A stretch of 64,000 bases of DNA, from positions 1-64,000 of the IMG/VR virus record IMGVR_UViG_2974727065_000001, one strand, 5' to 3'. The notes under the pieces were generated by a model. It searched no databases. It had not been told where the DNA came from and worked only from the letters and a program-made list of their open reading frames with translations. The position numbers and the translations under genes were made by a program. Positions 1-8,647 of this stretch are shown here, one piece after another (the stretch's first letter is position 1; each line of letters opens with the position of its first letter). The stretch is from a virus. Its lineage: Duplodnaviria; Caudoviricetes.

Positions 1-1
1 A

Positions 2-424
2 GCTGCTGACCGTGAACACGATCGGTCTGCACCTCGCTACGCCCCTTCTGGATCTGATGGTGATGATCTCTGTGAACAAGAGCATGGTGATGATGCTTGC
101 TATGAGCGTAAAGACTCCAGCGGTAACTCGTTCTGGACTCCCTTCCTCGCTGGATATGTTGTATCGTCGATGCTGAATGATAACGGCCATCGTACTTATG
201 GTTACAGCAAAGCCCAACCGATGTACTACTCGAAGTCTGACAAGAAGATGTACACCGCGAGTGGTTCCTATGGTGCCAAGACCTTTGGTCGTTCCTCAGT
301 AAGCCGTTCTGCTATCAGCCCTGCCAAATCCACTCCGAAGATCACCACACCTACCTCTATCAAGAGCACTGGTGGCTTCGGTCGTTCTGCTACTGCTTCT
401 CGTGGAGGTTCCTTTGGTGGCTAA
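2..424 (+). CDS. DUF1190/YgiB-like protein, 5'-truncated by window edge
   Basis: Open frame from nt 2: EHDRSAPRY...LCEQEHGDDAC...SFWTPFLAGY...AQPMY...GGFGRSATASRGGSFGG, the typical DUF1190 pattern. Confidence 0.65.
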   Translation, partial: AADREHDRSAPRYAPSGSDGDDLCEQEHGDDACYERKDSSGNSFWTPFLAGYVVSSMLNDNGHRTYGYSKAQPMYYSKSDKKMYTASGSYGAKTFGRSSVSRSAISPAKSTPKITTPTSIKSTGGFGRSATASRGGSFGG

Positions 425-575
425 CTCTAACTGTGATATCCGTTTTACTGGTGTTGACATGCACAAAGGTGAATACTGGTATCGTTGTGACTTCTGCGGG
501 CAGACTGATTGGTGCGCCCGTGGAGACTCTTTCTCGAACAATGACCCCTTCCCAAACTGTAAAGGAAAAGACAAG

Positions 576-947
576 ATGACCCAAGAACAATTCTCGAAAG
601 CTGTTGAATCCCTGTTCCTCGAAGCCTCTGAAGCTATCTGCTCTGAGTGGATGAACACTGAGTGGTGTGATGCTAAGGAATATCGTGAGAGCGAGTACTT
701 CGACAAAGAAGAGAATGCTGACTTCCTTGAAGCCTTTGAGGCTCTTGGTGACGTTACTATCAAAGTGGTTGATAGCTTTGGTGGTGAAGGCTCTGGTGAT
801 GATTACTACTGTGTTTATGAGTTCAGTGATGGTATCAACAAAGCCTACCTGAAGTTCGATGGCTGGTACGCCTCTCACTACGGATCGGAATTCCAATCGG
901 TCTTTCTCGTAGAACCTCGTCAACGGATGATTACTGAATATGTATAA
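576..947 (+). CDS. hypothetical phage protein (acidic)
   Basis: AAGGAAA RBS before ATG 576, in frame with ORF 372..947. Confidence 0.6.
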   Translation: MTQEQFSKAVESLFLEASEAICSEWMNTEWCDAKEYRESEYFDKEENADFLEAFEALGDVTIKVVDSFGGEGSGDDYYCVYEFSDGINKAYLKFDGWYASHYGSEFQSVFLVEPRQRMITEYV

Positions 948-1260
948 AGAAGGCGACCCGCAACCGTACATTTCTGACTCAATGATAATCGCGGATGATT
1001 TTGGAGGAGAATCCTTTATGCCGACTGTAAACAACAAGAACTCTGATAAGCAGTATCGTAATGTTACTGTTCATTTCAATGCTGATACCTCGACTTACTT
1101 TGAGGGTCCAGTCTCAGAGTTGTTGGATGACCCTAACGGGACTGTATCGTTCAACTGTCCTGACTTGATGGACAAGACTCGTCTTCGTCGTATTGTCGTT
1201 CACTACCGCAACTTCCTGTACATGGAACGTGGTCCTGTGATTGAGGCTCTGCGTCGATAA
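940..1260 (+). CDS. hypothetical protein (true start may be ATG ~1018 after GGAGGAG)
   Basis: ORF track; coupled to neighbours. Confidence 0.5.
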   Translation: MYKEGDPQPYISDSMIIADDFGGESFMPTVNNKNSDKQYRNVTVHFNADTSTYFEGPVSELLDDPNGTVSFNCPDLMDKTRLRRIVVHYRNFLYMERGPVIEALRR

Positions 1261-1496
1261 TGAAAGGAAACCTCGTTGCTGCTATGGGTGGCGGCGGGTT
1301 TTTCATGATGATCAACGGGAAGGTTCACTTTGTGGACCCTCTCCGTGGTCGTTTTGGACCTACCCGTTTGCCTTACAAAAATCTACACGAAGTGATTGCG
1401 TGTAAAAAGGGCTGCGGTATCAAGAAACCTATCTATGATACATCACCTTACTATCACTTTCTGAACCACATCCTACAATCTAGAGAGGAAAGCTAA
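1260..1496 (+). CDS. hypothetical protein
   Basis: TAATG overlap with upstream stop. Confidence 0.5.
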   Translation: MKGNLVAAMGGGGFFMMINGKVHFVDPLRGRFGPTRLPYKNLHEVIACKKGCGIKKPIYDTSPYYHFLNHILQSREES

Positions 1497-1498
1497 CT

Positions 1499-1969
1499 AT
1501 GCAACTTCAGAAGCTCTGGGAATTCGAAACTCGTATCGGTGATCTTGTTGAATGTCGTCCTTATCCTGACTATGAACAACAGATCTATGAGATCTGTAAA
1601 ACGATCCCTGATGAGAGTACCTTCAACAACTCTTACACAACCGCCTACCAGTTCGCTGAAGGTAAGCGTTACGAGGAAGTGACTGCCCGTCAAGGTGTTG
1701 ATGATAGTTGTGTTCCTCAGTGGCGTCTCTTTCGTCGCTTTGATGAACGTACTGTTGAAGAGAAGCTTGAGTTCTACCACTACCACCTCCGTCAGTATGA
1801 CACCTTCTATGATATCGAACAGGATCCTACTGGACTGTTTCATCTTCTGCAAGGAGATACGAGTGCTGTCAAGGGTTCTCTTCCCTATGAGGGCTTCATG
1901 ACTACTCTCCATGAAGCTATGATGGCCCTCGAAGAAATGAATTACCGTATGGAGTCTCTTGAGAAATGA
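1499..1969 (+). CDS. hypothetical protein
   Basis: GAGGA RBS, 156 aa ORF. Confidence 0.6.
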   Translation: MQLQKLWEFETRIGDLVECRPYPDYEQQIYEICKTIPDESTFNNSYTTAYQFAEGKRYEEVTARQGVDDSCVPQWRLFRRFDERTVEEKLEFYHYHLRQYDTFYDIEQDPTGLFHLLQGDTSAVKGSLPYEGFMTTLHEAMMALEEMNYRMESLEK

Positions 1970-2142
1970 GTGTGATCATCGTCACTATCCTGACCTTCAT
2001 CCTGTTGTTCGCTCTTCTCGCTCTGGATGATAACATCGCTGGTGTTCACCCTCTCGAACCTCACCGACTCTTTATGAAGGTCGTTCTCTCCGGTGGCATG
2101 GCTATCGGTACTGCTCTCTGCTTCTGGTTCATAACCTACTAA
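1966..2142 (+). CDS. small two-TM membrane protein (58 aa)
   Basis: ATGA overlap; MSVIIVTILTFILLFALLALD...VVLSGGMAIGTALCFWFITY; below ORF-track cutoff. Confidence 0.55.
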   Translation: MSVIIVTILTFILLFALLALDDNIAGVHPLEPHRLFMKVVLSGGMAIGTALCFWFITY

Positions 2143-2147
2143 TCCTC

Positions 2148-2230
2148 GCCCCTCCCGATGATCCTTATCTGTTGCTCCTTCGTGGGGTGATGGGTAGGGG
2201 TCATCGGGAGGGGCATCCTCTTATTTTTTT
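2148..2230 (+). terminator. long G.U-rich RNA hairpin followed by U-tract
   Basis: 31-bp fully paired stem 2148-2214 (8 G.U pairs), loop TTCGT, T7 run ending 2230. Confidence 0.7.
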
Positions 2231-2241
2231 GCTTCTGACTG

Positions 2242-2260
2242 ATAGGGTACGTTAAAGAAG
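2242..2260 (+). promoter_or_regulatory. phage RNAP promoter (SP6-like class)
   Basis: ATAGGGTACGTTAAAGAAG. Confidence 0.75.
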
Positions 2261-2332
2261 TGAAGTGATTTCAAGACCCTCTTTCGTACGACCTATCCAA
2301 CAAAACCTATCCATAAAAATAAGGAAGATCTA

Positions 2333-2354
2333 ATAGGGTGCGTTAAAGAGGGGG
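2333..2354 (+). promoter_or_regulatory. phage RNAP promoter (SP6-like class)
   Basis: ATAGGGTGCGTTAAAGAGGGGG. Confidence 0.85.
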
Positions 2355-2490
2355 AACCCCTTCTCTCTCCCTCCCCCGGTTGGGATATCCCCCTTCTTAA
2401 TAGGGATCCCTGAAAGGAACCCTCCTAACCCGAAAGGGGTTCCTCCTGTTGTTGGAGGAAACCCCTCCTAATAGGGAATCCTAAATAAAG

Positions 2491-2514
2491 ACCCTAATAA
2501 GAACCCTAATAAGA
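2491..2514 (+). repeat. tandem 12-mer ACCCTAATAAGA x2 (third copy 2833-2844)
   Basis: Direct inspection. Confidence 0.8.
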
Positions 2515-2534
2515 ACACAAGGAGACGTTATGCA

Positions 2535-2822
2535 ATGCCTACTTCTGCAGGAGACGCTGTGATCGCCTACCGTGTGGAGAGCTTGGAGAAACAACTTGGA
2601 GAACTATCAAAGACTCAGATAGAGCTTCGTGAAGCTGTTCATGCTCTGAATACTAATACGACCCTCATGAACCAGAGCCTTAGTACAATCGCTGCTAGTG
2701 TAGAGAAGAAGGATACCCATTGGACAAAGGTGTATCTCTTGGCTGCTGCTGTAGTCATTTCTCAGGCTATCAACTGGATCTTTGATGGTGGTATGGGAAC
2801 TCCACCTCCCGGTGCTGGCTGA
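2535..2822 (+). CDS. coiled-coil protein with C-terminal TM helix (XhlA/holin-like)
   Basis: AAGGAG RBS; heptad region then VYLLAAAVVISQAINWIF. Confidence 0.5.
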   Translation: MPTSAGDAVIAYRVESLEKQLGELSKTQIELREAVHALNTNTTLMNQSLSTIAASVEKKDTHWTKVYLLAAAVVISQAINWIFDGGMGTPPPGAG

Positions 2823-3109
2823 TAACTATGACACCCTAATAAGAGACTTTAGCCCGGTCTTTTAGAGGGGAAATTATTGGCTTGTGTGAGGGATTTTTTA
2901 GTGAAACTGCAACTACTGGAATACGCCAAAAAATTACCCTGTTTTGTGTCCTTTGTAAAGATGACTGTGTAGAAAAACTTGTGTAGAATCATCGTGTTAG
3001 GGTCAGTTGTTGGGGTAAATATTTGGGTTGTTGGTGTTTTCCAACTTGCACAATTGGGTCCAGAGTGGTCCTATTCAGAAACTTTGCTATAGAAATAAGG
3101 AGGTCGTGT

Positions 3110-3739
3110 ATGGCTGATGAACCAGTGAAGAAGAAACCCGGTAGACCACCACTACCACCTGAAGAGAAAAAGAGGCGTGAACAGGAACGCCAGAAAAAGA
3201 AATATGCTAGAGAAAAAGCTAAACGTGCTGAGAGAGCGGCTCACCGAGAAAGGCTCCAGCCAGAGTTCATAGGTAAGATCACTGATAAGATCAAGGATCA
3301 GTTTGTTGAGGAACCTGTTCAGTATGATGCTCCTGAAGATCCTAACCTGAGAACTCATAACAAGAATCCCGGTAAAGCCAAGGGTGTTAAGAACAAGATC
3401 ATCTACAGTTACCAGTCAAGGAAGAAACTAGAGGCTCTTGGTTATGATCCAATCGAGCGTCAGATTGAGCTTTACTCTCTGATTCTAGATCAACTTGCTG
3501 CTACTGATGAAGAAGGTAAGCAGATCATCAAGGTTGGTTCTATGGCTCATGCTACTATGTTGGGTCACTTGAAGGCTCTTAACAGTGACCTTGCTAAGTA
3601 TGCTTATCGACCGATCCCTGAGAAGCAAGAGATTGAGACTACAGATAAGACTCCTACCCTGATCAACCTCACCCTGAACAAGACTAAAGTAGAGGATCAA
3701 GACAAGGAAGATGAACATGAAGAAGAGGACGACTCCTAA
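3110..3739 (+). CDS. terS: probable terminase small subunit
   Basis: AAGGAGG RBS before ATG 3110; basic N-terminus (KKKPGRPP), LAKYAYRP motif, upstream of terL. Confidence 0.55.
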   Translation: MADEPVKKKPGRPPLPPEEKKRREQERQKKKYAREKAKRAERAAHRERLQPEFIGKITDKIKDQFVEEPVQYDAPEDPNLRTHNKNPGKAKGVKNKIIYSYQSRKKLEALGYDPIERQIELYSLILDQLAATDEEGKQIIKVGSMAHATMLGHLKALNSDLAKYAYRPIPEKQEIETTDKTPTLINLTLNKTKVEDQDKEDEHEEEDDS

Positions 3740-3921
3740 TGATCCTGATCCCTTGCCCTGATACGGGTGATTATGGTATCTTTGCTGATGATGCTATTGT
3801 TGATGCTGAAGATGATTCGATTCTGATTTATGAATCTCCTGTATTAGATGAAAAAGGAAAGCCTTTTATGTTCTACGAAGAAAAACCTGTATTTGGATTT
3901 GATTTAAGGAAACGACAATAA
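3739..3921 (+). CDS. hypothetical protein
   Basis: TAATG coupling. Confidence 0.45.
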   Translation: MILIPCPDTGDYGIFADDAIVDAEDDSILIYESPVLDEKGKPFMFYEEKPVFGFDLRKRQ

Positions 3922-4106
3922 TGTTTGTTTTCCCTGAACCTGATGCAAAAGAAAACTGGCCCCACAACCAAGACTATGTGAATACTAGCTGTTCTGGTTG
4001 TGGTAAGCCTTACTGTGGACCTAAACGAGCACCTAAGTGTTGGTGCTGTCTTGATGCTACTACTAAAGAGTGGTGGCATGAACAAATAAGGAACGTATAT
4101 CAATGA
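3921..4106 (+). CDS. small Cys-rich (zinc-ribbon-like) protein
   Basis: CSGC...CWCC; TAATG coupling. Confidence 0.5.
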   Translation: MFVFPEPDAKENWPHNQDYVNTSCSGCGKPYCGPKRAPKCWCCLDATTKEWWHEQIRNVYQ

Positions 4107-4384
4107 CAACCCCTAACCGCCTTACCCCTGCTGACATCGAAGCTCAAGTTATGTTTGTGGACTATCACCACTTCGAAGAGACTTGTGTTGTTGTCTGCTG
4201 CATCACCTTGAAGAATGGCTACAATACGATTGGTCATGCTGGGTGTGTTGACCCTGAGAACTTCGATTTGGAGATTGGTAAGAAGATTGCCTATGAGAAT
4301 GCTCTGAATGAGATTTGGCAACTTGAAGGTTACATGCTCAAGGAAGCAATGTACCAAGATGCTCTGGATAAAGAAGGAGCATAA
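4103..4384 (+). CDS. N4 gp49/Sf6 gp66 family protein
   Basis: CCITLKNGY..IGHAGCVDPENFDLEIGKKIAYENALNEIWQLEGYML signature. Confidence 0.85.
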   Translation: MTTPNRLTPADIEAQVMFVDYHHFEETCVVVCCITLKNGYNTIGHAGCVDPENFDLEIGKKIAYENALNEIWQLEGYMLKEAMYQDALDKEGA

Positions 4385-4389
4385 CTACT

Positions 4390-5220
4390 ATGGCTAGTGT
4401 AACACTACACGAAGGCCAGTCAGAAATCCTAAACGATCTGTTCATCGAGAGAAATTCTCGGTGGGCAGTCGCCTGTGCTAGCCGTGGTTTCGGTAAGTCG
4501 TTTCTGGCTGGTACTACAGCACTCGTTGCTGCTCAAGAACTCATGCAGATGCCTGCTGACATCCCTAACAAGAACGTTGCTATTATCGCTCCGACTTATC
4601 AACAGGTGACAGACATCTACTACCCTCTGCTTGCTTACCAACTCGGTCTAGAGAAGTTCGCAGAGAAGTCTTCAAGGAGTGCCGGACAGTTCTGGCTCCC
4701 TAATAACACTATCCTGAAGCTTTGGTCTTACGAGGCTTCTGAACGTATGCGTGGTACAGGGCAATACTTTGTTGTTGCTGACGAGGTGTGCTCTTGGAAG
4801 GGTGCTGGCCTGACTCTGAAAGAGAGTTGGGAGAGTATTATCCAACCCTGTGTCACTACCCGTTGGTCTCCTAACAACGCAAGAAAGCTTGGTGCTCCTT
4901 CTCCGGGACGTGCCTTGATCATTTCTACCCCTATGGGGTACAACTACTTCTACGAAATGTTTAACCGTGGTGAAGTAGATCCCTTGTGGAAATCTTACCA
5001 CTATACCTACCGAGACAGTCCTTATCTTGATGATGAAGAGATTGAACGAGCTAAGCTTACCCTAGACCCTCTCAAGTTCGCACGAGAGTATGAAGCTTCG
5101 TTCGAGGACTCCGGTAACAACGTCTTCTATATGTTCAAACGTAAAGAGCATGTGGATAGCTCTCTGCCTGATTTTGAGGCTAAGGAGACTGTTCATGTTG
5201 CTATTGACTTCAACGTGGGT
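4390..5220 (+). CDS. terL: terminase large subunit, exon 1 (ATPase domain and start of nuclease domain)
   Basis: Walker A ASRGFGKS, Walker B FVVADE, ISTPMG, FAREYEASF; ends AIDFNVG at the intron 5' splice site. Confidence 0.92.
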
Positions 5221-5900
5221 TGCTGTATGATAGCCCACTTTAAATCCTGTGAATTCAGGGAAACCCCTAACAGTAACGCTGAGGGCAATCCTGAGCCAAG
5301 CCTCTCCGGAGGAAGGTGCAACGACTATCCCTTTTGGGAGTACGCTCAAGTGAGCGGAAGCGCAGGACACCTTATAGTGAGGTGATGATATAGTCTGGTC
5401 TGTATGGAAACATGCAGCTGTGTTTGTTAGAACCCTGAAAAGGAGACCTAACATGAAACAATGTTGTGTATGCAAAGAGAAGAAGCCTCTCTCTGCTTTC
5501 GGCTCCCACGCCGCTAGAAAAGATGGAAAACAAACCTACTGTAAAGATTGTTCCAAGGAACAGCAAACACGATGGTACTATAAACGTAAGTTTGGTATCA
5601 CACTGGAAGAACGTGATGCTATGTTGTCTGAGCAGGATCATCGCTGTGCTATCTGCGAAGCTCCTATCGAATTTGAAGGTGGACGAGGTAGTAGAACAGG
5701 TGTTTCTGCTTGTGTAGATCACTGTCACGGTAAGGGTCATATTCGTGGTGTTCTTTGTGGACACTGTAATACCGGCCTTGGTGCGTTCAGGGACAACACT
5801 ACTTTCCTTAAGAACGCCATTCGATACCTAATCGAGAACAAGTAAAGAACACAACTAACAAACACGGCTCAGAACTAACGACTCTGAGTGAACACAAACG
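5221..5900 (+). mobile_element. group I self-splicing intron in terL (680 nt)
   Basis: P1 GUGGGU/GCCCAC with U.G at 5220; IGS UAUGAU pairs 3' exon AUCAUG (P10); core elements GAATTCAGGGAAAC, GGCAATCCTGAGCCAAGC, GCAACGACTA, GATGATATAGTCTG; terminal G at 5900; splicing restores IDFNVG|IMASVIG. Confidence 0.92.
5453..5845 (+). CDS. intron-encoded Endonuclease VII-like (His-Me finger) homing endonuclease
   Basis: AGGAG RBS; N-terminal CxxC..CxxC, then QDHRCAIC...VDHCH..GHIRGVLCGHCNTGLG.FRDN; lies in the loop of a stem pairing ~5417-5430 with 5855-5868. Confidence 0.85.
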   Translation: MKQCCVCKEKKPLSAFGSHAARKDGKQTYCKDCSKEQQTRWYYKRKFGITLEERDAMLSEQDHRCAICEAPIEFEGGRGSRTGVSACVDHCHGKGHIRGVLCGHCNTGLGAFRDNTTFLKNAIRYLIENK

Positions 5901-6410
5901 ATCATGGCTTCTGTCATTGGTGCTGTTCGAGGTAATCAAACCCACTGGCTTGACGAAATTTCTGGTCATCCTGATACGGCTGCGGTTGCTAAGACTCTCA
6001 AGGCGAAGTACATTGACAAAGGACATAAAGTGATTGCCTATCCAGACCCCTCTGGTAAGGCTCGTAAAACAAGTGCTGCTGTTGGTACTACTGACTTCAG
6101 CATTCTACAACAACATGGTATCAAGCTTATGGTTCGTCCTAAAGCTCCTCCGATCGTAGACTCTGTTAACGCTGTCAATTCACAGCTAAAGAATGCGAGA
6201 GGTGATATCAACATGTATTTCCACCCACGATGCACTAATACAATCCGTTCTATGGAGCGTACCATCTGGGTCGAGAATAACCCTGACACCGCACAACTAG
6301 ATAAGAAAGAAGGTGTCGAGCACTGGGGTGATGGTATCCGATACTACACCGACTACCGCTTCCCTGTCAAACACAACCGTACAGGGGTCGTGCAAGGGTT
6401 CAACTTCTAA
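5901..6410 (+). CDS. terL: terminase large subunit, exon 2 (RNase H-like nuclease domain)
   Basis: YPDPSGKAR, HWGDGIRY; in frame with exon 1 after splicing (446 aa product). Confidence 0.9.
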   Translation: MMASVIGAVRGNQTHWLDEISGHPDTAAVAKTLKAKYIDKGHKVIAYPDPSGKARKTSAAVGTTDFSILQQHGIKLMVRPKAPPIVDSVNAVNSQLKNARGDINMYFHPRCTNTIRSMERTIWVENNPDTAQLDKKEGVEHWGDGIRYYTDYRFPVKHNRTGVVQGFNF

Positions 6411-6424
6411 CTACTACAACAACT

Positions 6425-6448
6425 GGAAATCCCTTCATTGGGGTTTCC
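6425..6448 (+). terminator. hairpin after terL
   Basis: GGAAATCCC-TTCATT-GGGGTTTCC, weak U-tract. Confidence 0.4.
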
Positions 6449-6579
6449 TCTTAACTGATTGAATTGTAAAGGTTGCACATGATTTTTGTGAGATATTATG
6501 ATTTAAATAATTTCAATAGATTCGCTTACCCTTACTTCGATTGGGTGTCCCACTTGGTTATATCCGTTTTATGACGCGG

Positions 6580-6600
6580 ATAGGTTACGTTAAAGAAGGG
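6580..6600 (+). promoter_or_regulatory. phage RNAP promoter (SP6-like class) for phoH
   Basis: ATAGGTTACGTTAAAGAAGGG. Confidence 0.85.
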
Positions 6601-6664
6601 GATCCCGTTTGGGGTCTCCCACCCTCTTTCCTCTCAACTCTCTCTCCAACACAAGGAGTCTATA

Positions 6665-7408
6665 ATGGCTAAAAATAAAGCACGTCGCAAGGATAATGTT
6701 GTTCCCTTCGAAACTCCCTCGAAAGGTCGAGAAATCAACATCCTTCCCAAAACCCCTAACCAAGATCGTCTGATCAATGCTATCAAAGAGAAATCTCTTG
6801 TATGGGCGAAAGGTTATGCTGGTACTGGTAAGACTTACTGTGCTGTTGGACTTGCTGCTCAAATGTATAAGAACAAAGAAATCAGGAAGATCATTCTAGC
6901 TCGTCCTAACGTCTCCACTGGCCCTTCTCTTGGTGCCTTCCCCGGTGATGTTAATGAGAAGCTATGGAAGTGGCTTGCTGAACCGATTGATGTTCTGAAA
7001 GATCTTCTCGGTAAAGGTGCTCCTGAGTGTATGCTCAAGAAAGAGAACCTTGTACTGGAACCCTTGGAAGTGATCCGTGGTCGCTCTTGGGATAATGCGT
7101 TCATCTTCATTGATGAAGCACAGAACCTTACCTCGGAAGAACTCAAAGCTATCACCACTCGTATTGGTGAAGGCTCTACTATGGTTATTGCTGGTGATGC
7201 TACTCAAGCAGATCGGCGTAAAGGAACAGAAGCAGGACAAGACTTCGATAGGATCGTCACTCTTCTGAAACAAGTGTCAAAGGAACAACCTGATGCCTTC
7301 CCATACCTCGCTAACGGCTTCGATGCGGTGGAACTCGGAGAAGATGACATCGTTCGTTCTGGTATCGTAAAAGACCTCGTCAAGGTCTATAACAAATACG
7401 GAATCTAA
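6665..7408 (+). CDS. phoH: PhoH-family ATPase
   Basis: GYAGTGKT, ILARPNV, LGAFPGD, IRGRSW, FIDEAQN, GDATQAD, DIVRSGIV. Confidence 0.95.
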   Translation: MAKNKARRKDNVVPFETPSKGREINILPKTPNQDRLINAIKEKSLVWAKGYAGTGKTYCAVGLAAQMYKNKEIRKIILARPNVSTGPSLGAFPGDVNEKLWKWLAEPIDVLKDLLGKGAPECMLKKENLVLEPLEVIRGRSWDNAFIFIDEAQNLTSEELKAITTRIGEGSTMVIAGDATQADRRKGTEAGQDFDRIVTLLKQVSKEQPDAFPYLANGFDAVELGEDDIVRSGIVKDLVKVYNKYGI

Positions 7409-7429
7409 TAGGTTACGTTAAAGAGGGGG
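7408..7429 (+). promoter_or_regulatory. phage RNAP promoter (SP6-like class) for tail-tip operon
   Basis: ATAGGTTACGTTAAAGAGGGGG overlapping the phoH stop. Confidence 0.85.
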
Positions 7430-7475
7430 AGCTGTTGTGGTTCTCCCTTTTCCATTAAACTAAGGAGGTTTTCAA

Positions 7476-8087
7476 ATGGCCTACAAATGGCTCGACTATG
7501 ACATCCTCGCTCCGTTGACTATCCGGTCGAATCAGACTGTATGGACTGTTGAGAAACTCGATAAAAGTATTGATCGAACCACTCATCCTTCTCAGCGGTG
7601 GGAGTTGGAATTCAGCATCCTGAATGATGATGGTGATGACCGTCTCTTCTGGGAAACAACAACTAAAATGGGCAACATTCGAACTATGATGATGCCTTCT
7701 ACTGTTCACAACATCGGTATCACTGATAAACCTGATGCTACTCAGCTTAAAGTGAGTACAACTAAACCGATCAACAGCCAAACAATTGCTATCAATAATA
7801 CAGGTGCTACTCCTGCTCGTCTTCGTCGTTCTGGTTTCCTTCAGTTTGCAAACCATAACAAGGTGTACGCTTTCACTAACTCGAAGGTCTTAGCTGCTGG
7901 ATCAACAAACACGAACATGAACATCTTCCCAAGACTCCGTCAGAGTGTCCCTGCTGGCACCAACATCAAAGTCTATGATGATGTCACCTTCCATTACTAC
8001 ATGGATGACACCATGATGAAAGGGATCACCTACCAAGATGGTATTCTTTCTGGTGTTGATCGTGTTGCTCTCTGGGAGGCTGTGTAA
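7476..8087 (+). CDS. probable distal tail protein
   Basis: AAGGAGG RBS; QRWELEF, FANHNKVY, IFPRLR motifs; first gene of tail-tip cluster. Confidence 0.6.
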   Translation: MAYKWLDYDILAPLTIRSNQTVWTVEKLDKSIDRTTHPSQRWELEFSILNDDGDDRLFWETTTKMGNIRTMMMPSTVHNIGITDKPDATQLKVSTTKPINSQTIAINNTGATPARLRRSGFLQFANHNKVYAFTNSKVLAAGSTNTNMNIFPRLRQSVPAGTNIKVYDDVTFHYYMDDTMMKGITYQDGILSGVDRVALWEAV

Positions 8088-8647
8088 TGAAAGGCAATGC
8101 AAGCGAAATCCTTAGCATCCTTGCTCAAGATAACGTAGGGTTCTTCTCTCTGGTGGAACTAAACTGGAACCAGAACTACTACTTCACCGACTTTGGTGCT
8201 AACATCACTTGGAATGGTAAAACATTCCTTTCTAATAACCCGCTCGTCTCCTCTGACCCGATTAGGTATTCTAACGTGGTTGACAGGGAATCTTTCCGGT
8301 TCTTCCTTTCTGGTGTAGATGCAGCAATCAACAATGAACTTGATGCAGGTGTGGTTCACCGCCCTGTAACTCTTAGAATGGCCTTCACTGTCGATGGCGT
8401 ACCTCAACTTGGAGGTAATCAAACTCTTCTCTACTATGATGGTCTTGTCTCAAAGACGGACAAGAAAATCTCGTTGGATGACCGTATAAACGTCATTGAG
8501 TGTACTGCCCCGCTTTCCGATTTGGATGCGATTGGGACTATGTTCACCACTAAGGACGGTATGAAACGGTTCGATCCCACAGACACATCTTTTGATGCGA
8601 TCTTCGAGGGTAGTGAAGAAACAAGTCTGAAATGGGGTAAACTCTAA
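8087..8647 (+). CDS. tail tip/hub protein
   Basis: YFTDFGANITWNGKTF, YYDGLVS, DTSFD, C-terminal LKWGK. Confidence 0.65.
   Translation: MKGNASEILSILAQDNVGFFSLVELNWNQNYYFTDFGANITWNGKTFLSNNPLVSSDPIRYSNVVDRESFRFFLSGVDAAINNELDAGVVHRPVTLRMAFTVDGVPQLGGNQTLLYYDGLVSKTDKKISLDDRINVIECTAPLSDLDAIGTMFTTKDGMKRFDPTDTSFDAIFEGSEETSLKWGKL

Noticed and set aside
4390-6410. terL as a pseudogene or naturally split two-gene terminase
   Set aside because: Group I intron boundaries restore one continuous 446-aa frame; ATG 5904 has no RBS
6471-6520. AT-rich stretch resembling a dif site or sigma70 promoter (TTGCAC-18-TATGAT)
   Set aside because: XerC/XerD-like halves are not separated by the required 6 bp; the sigma70 match is single and unsupported; no integrase seen
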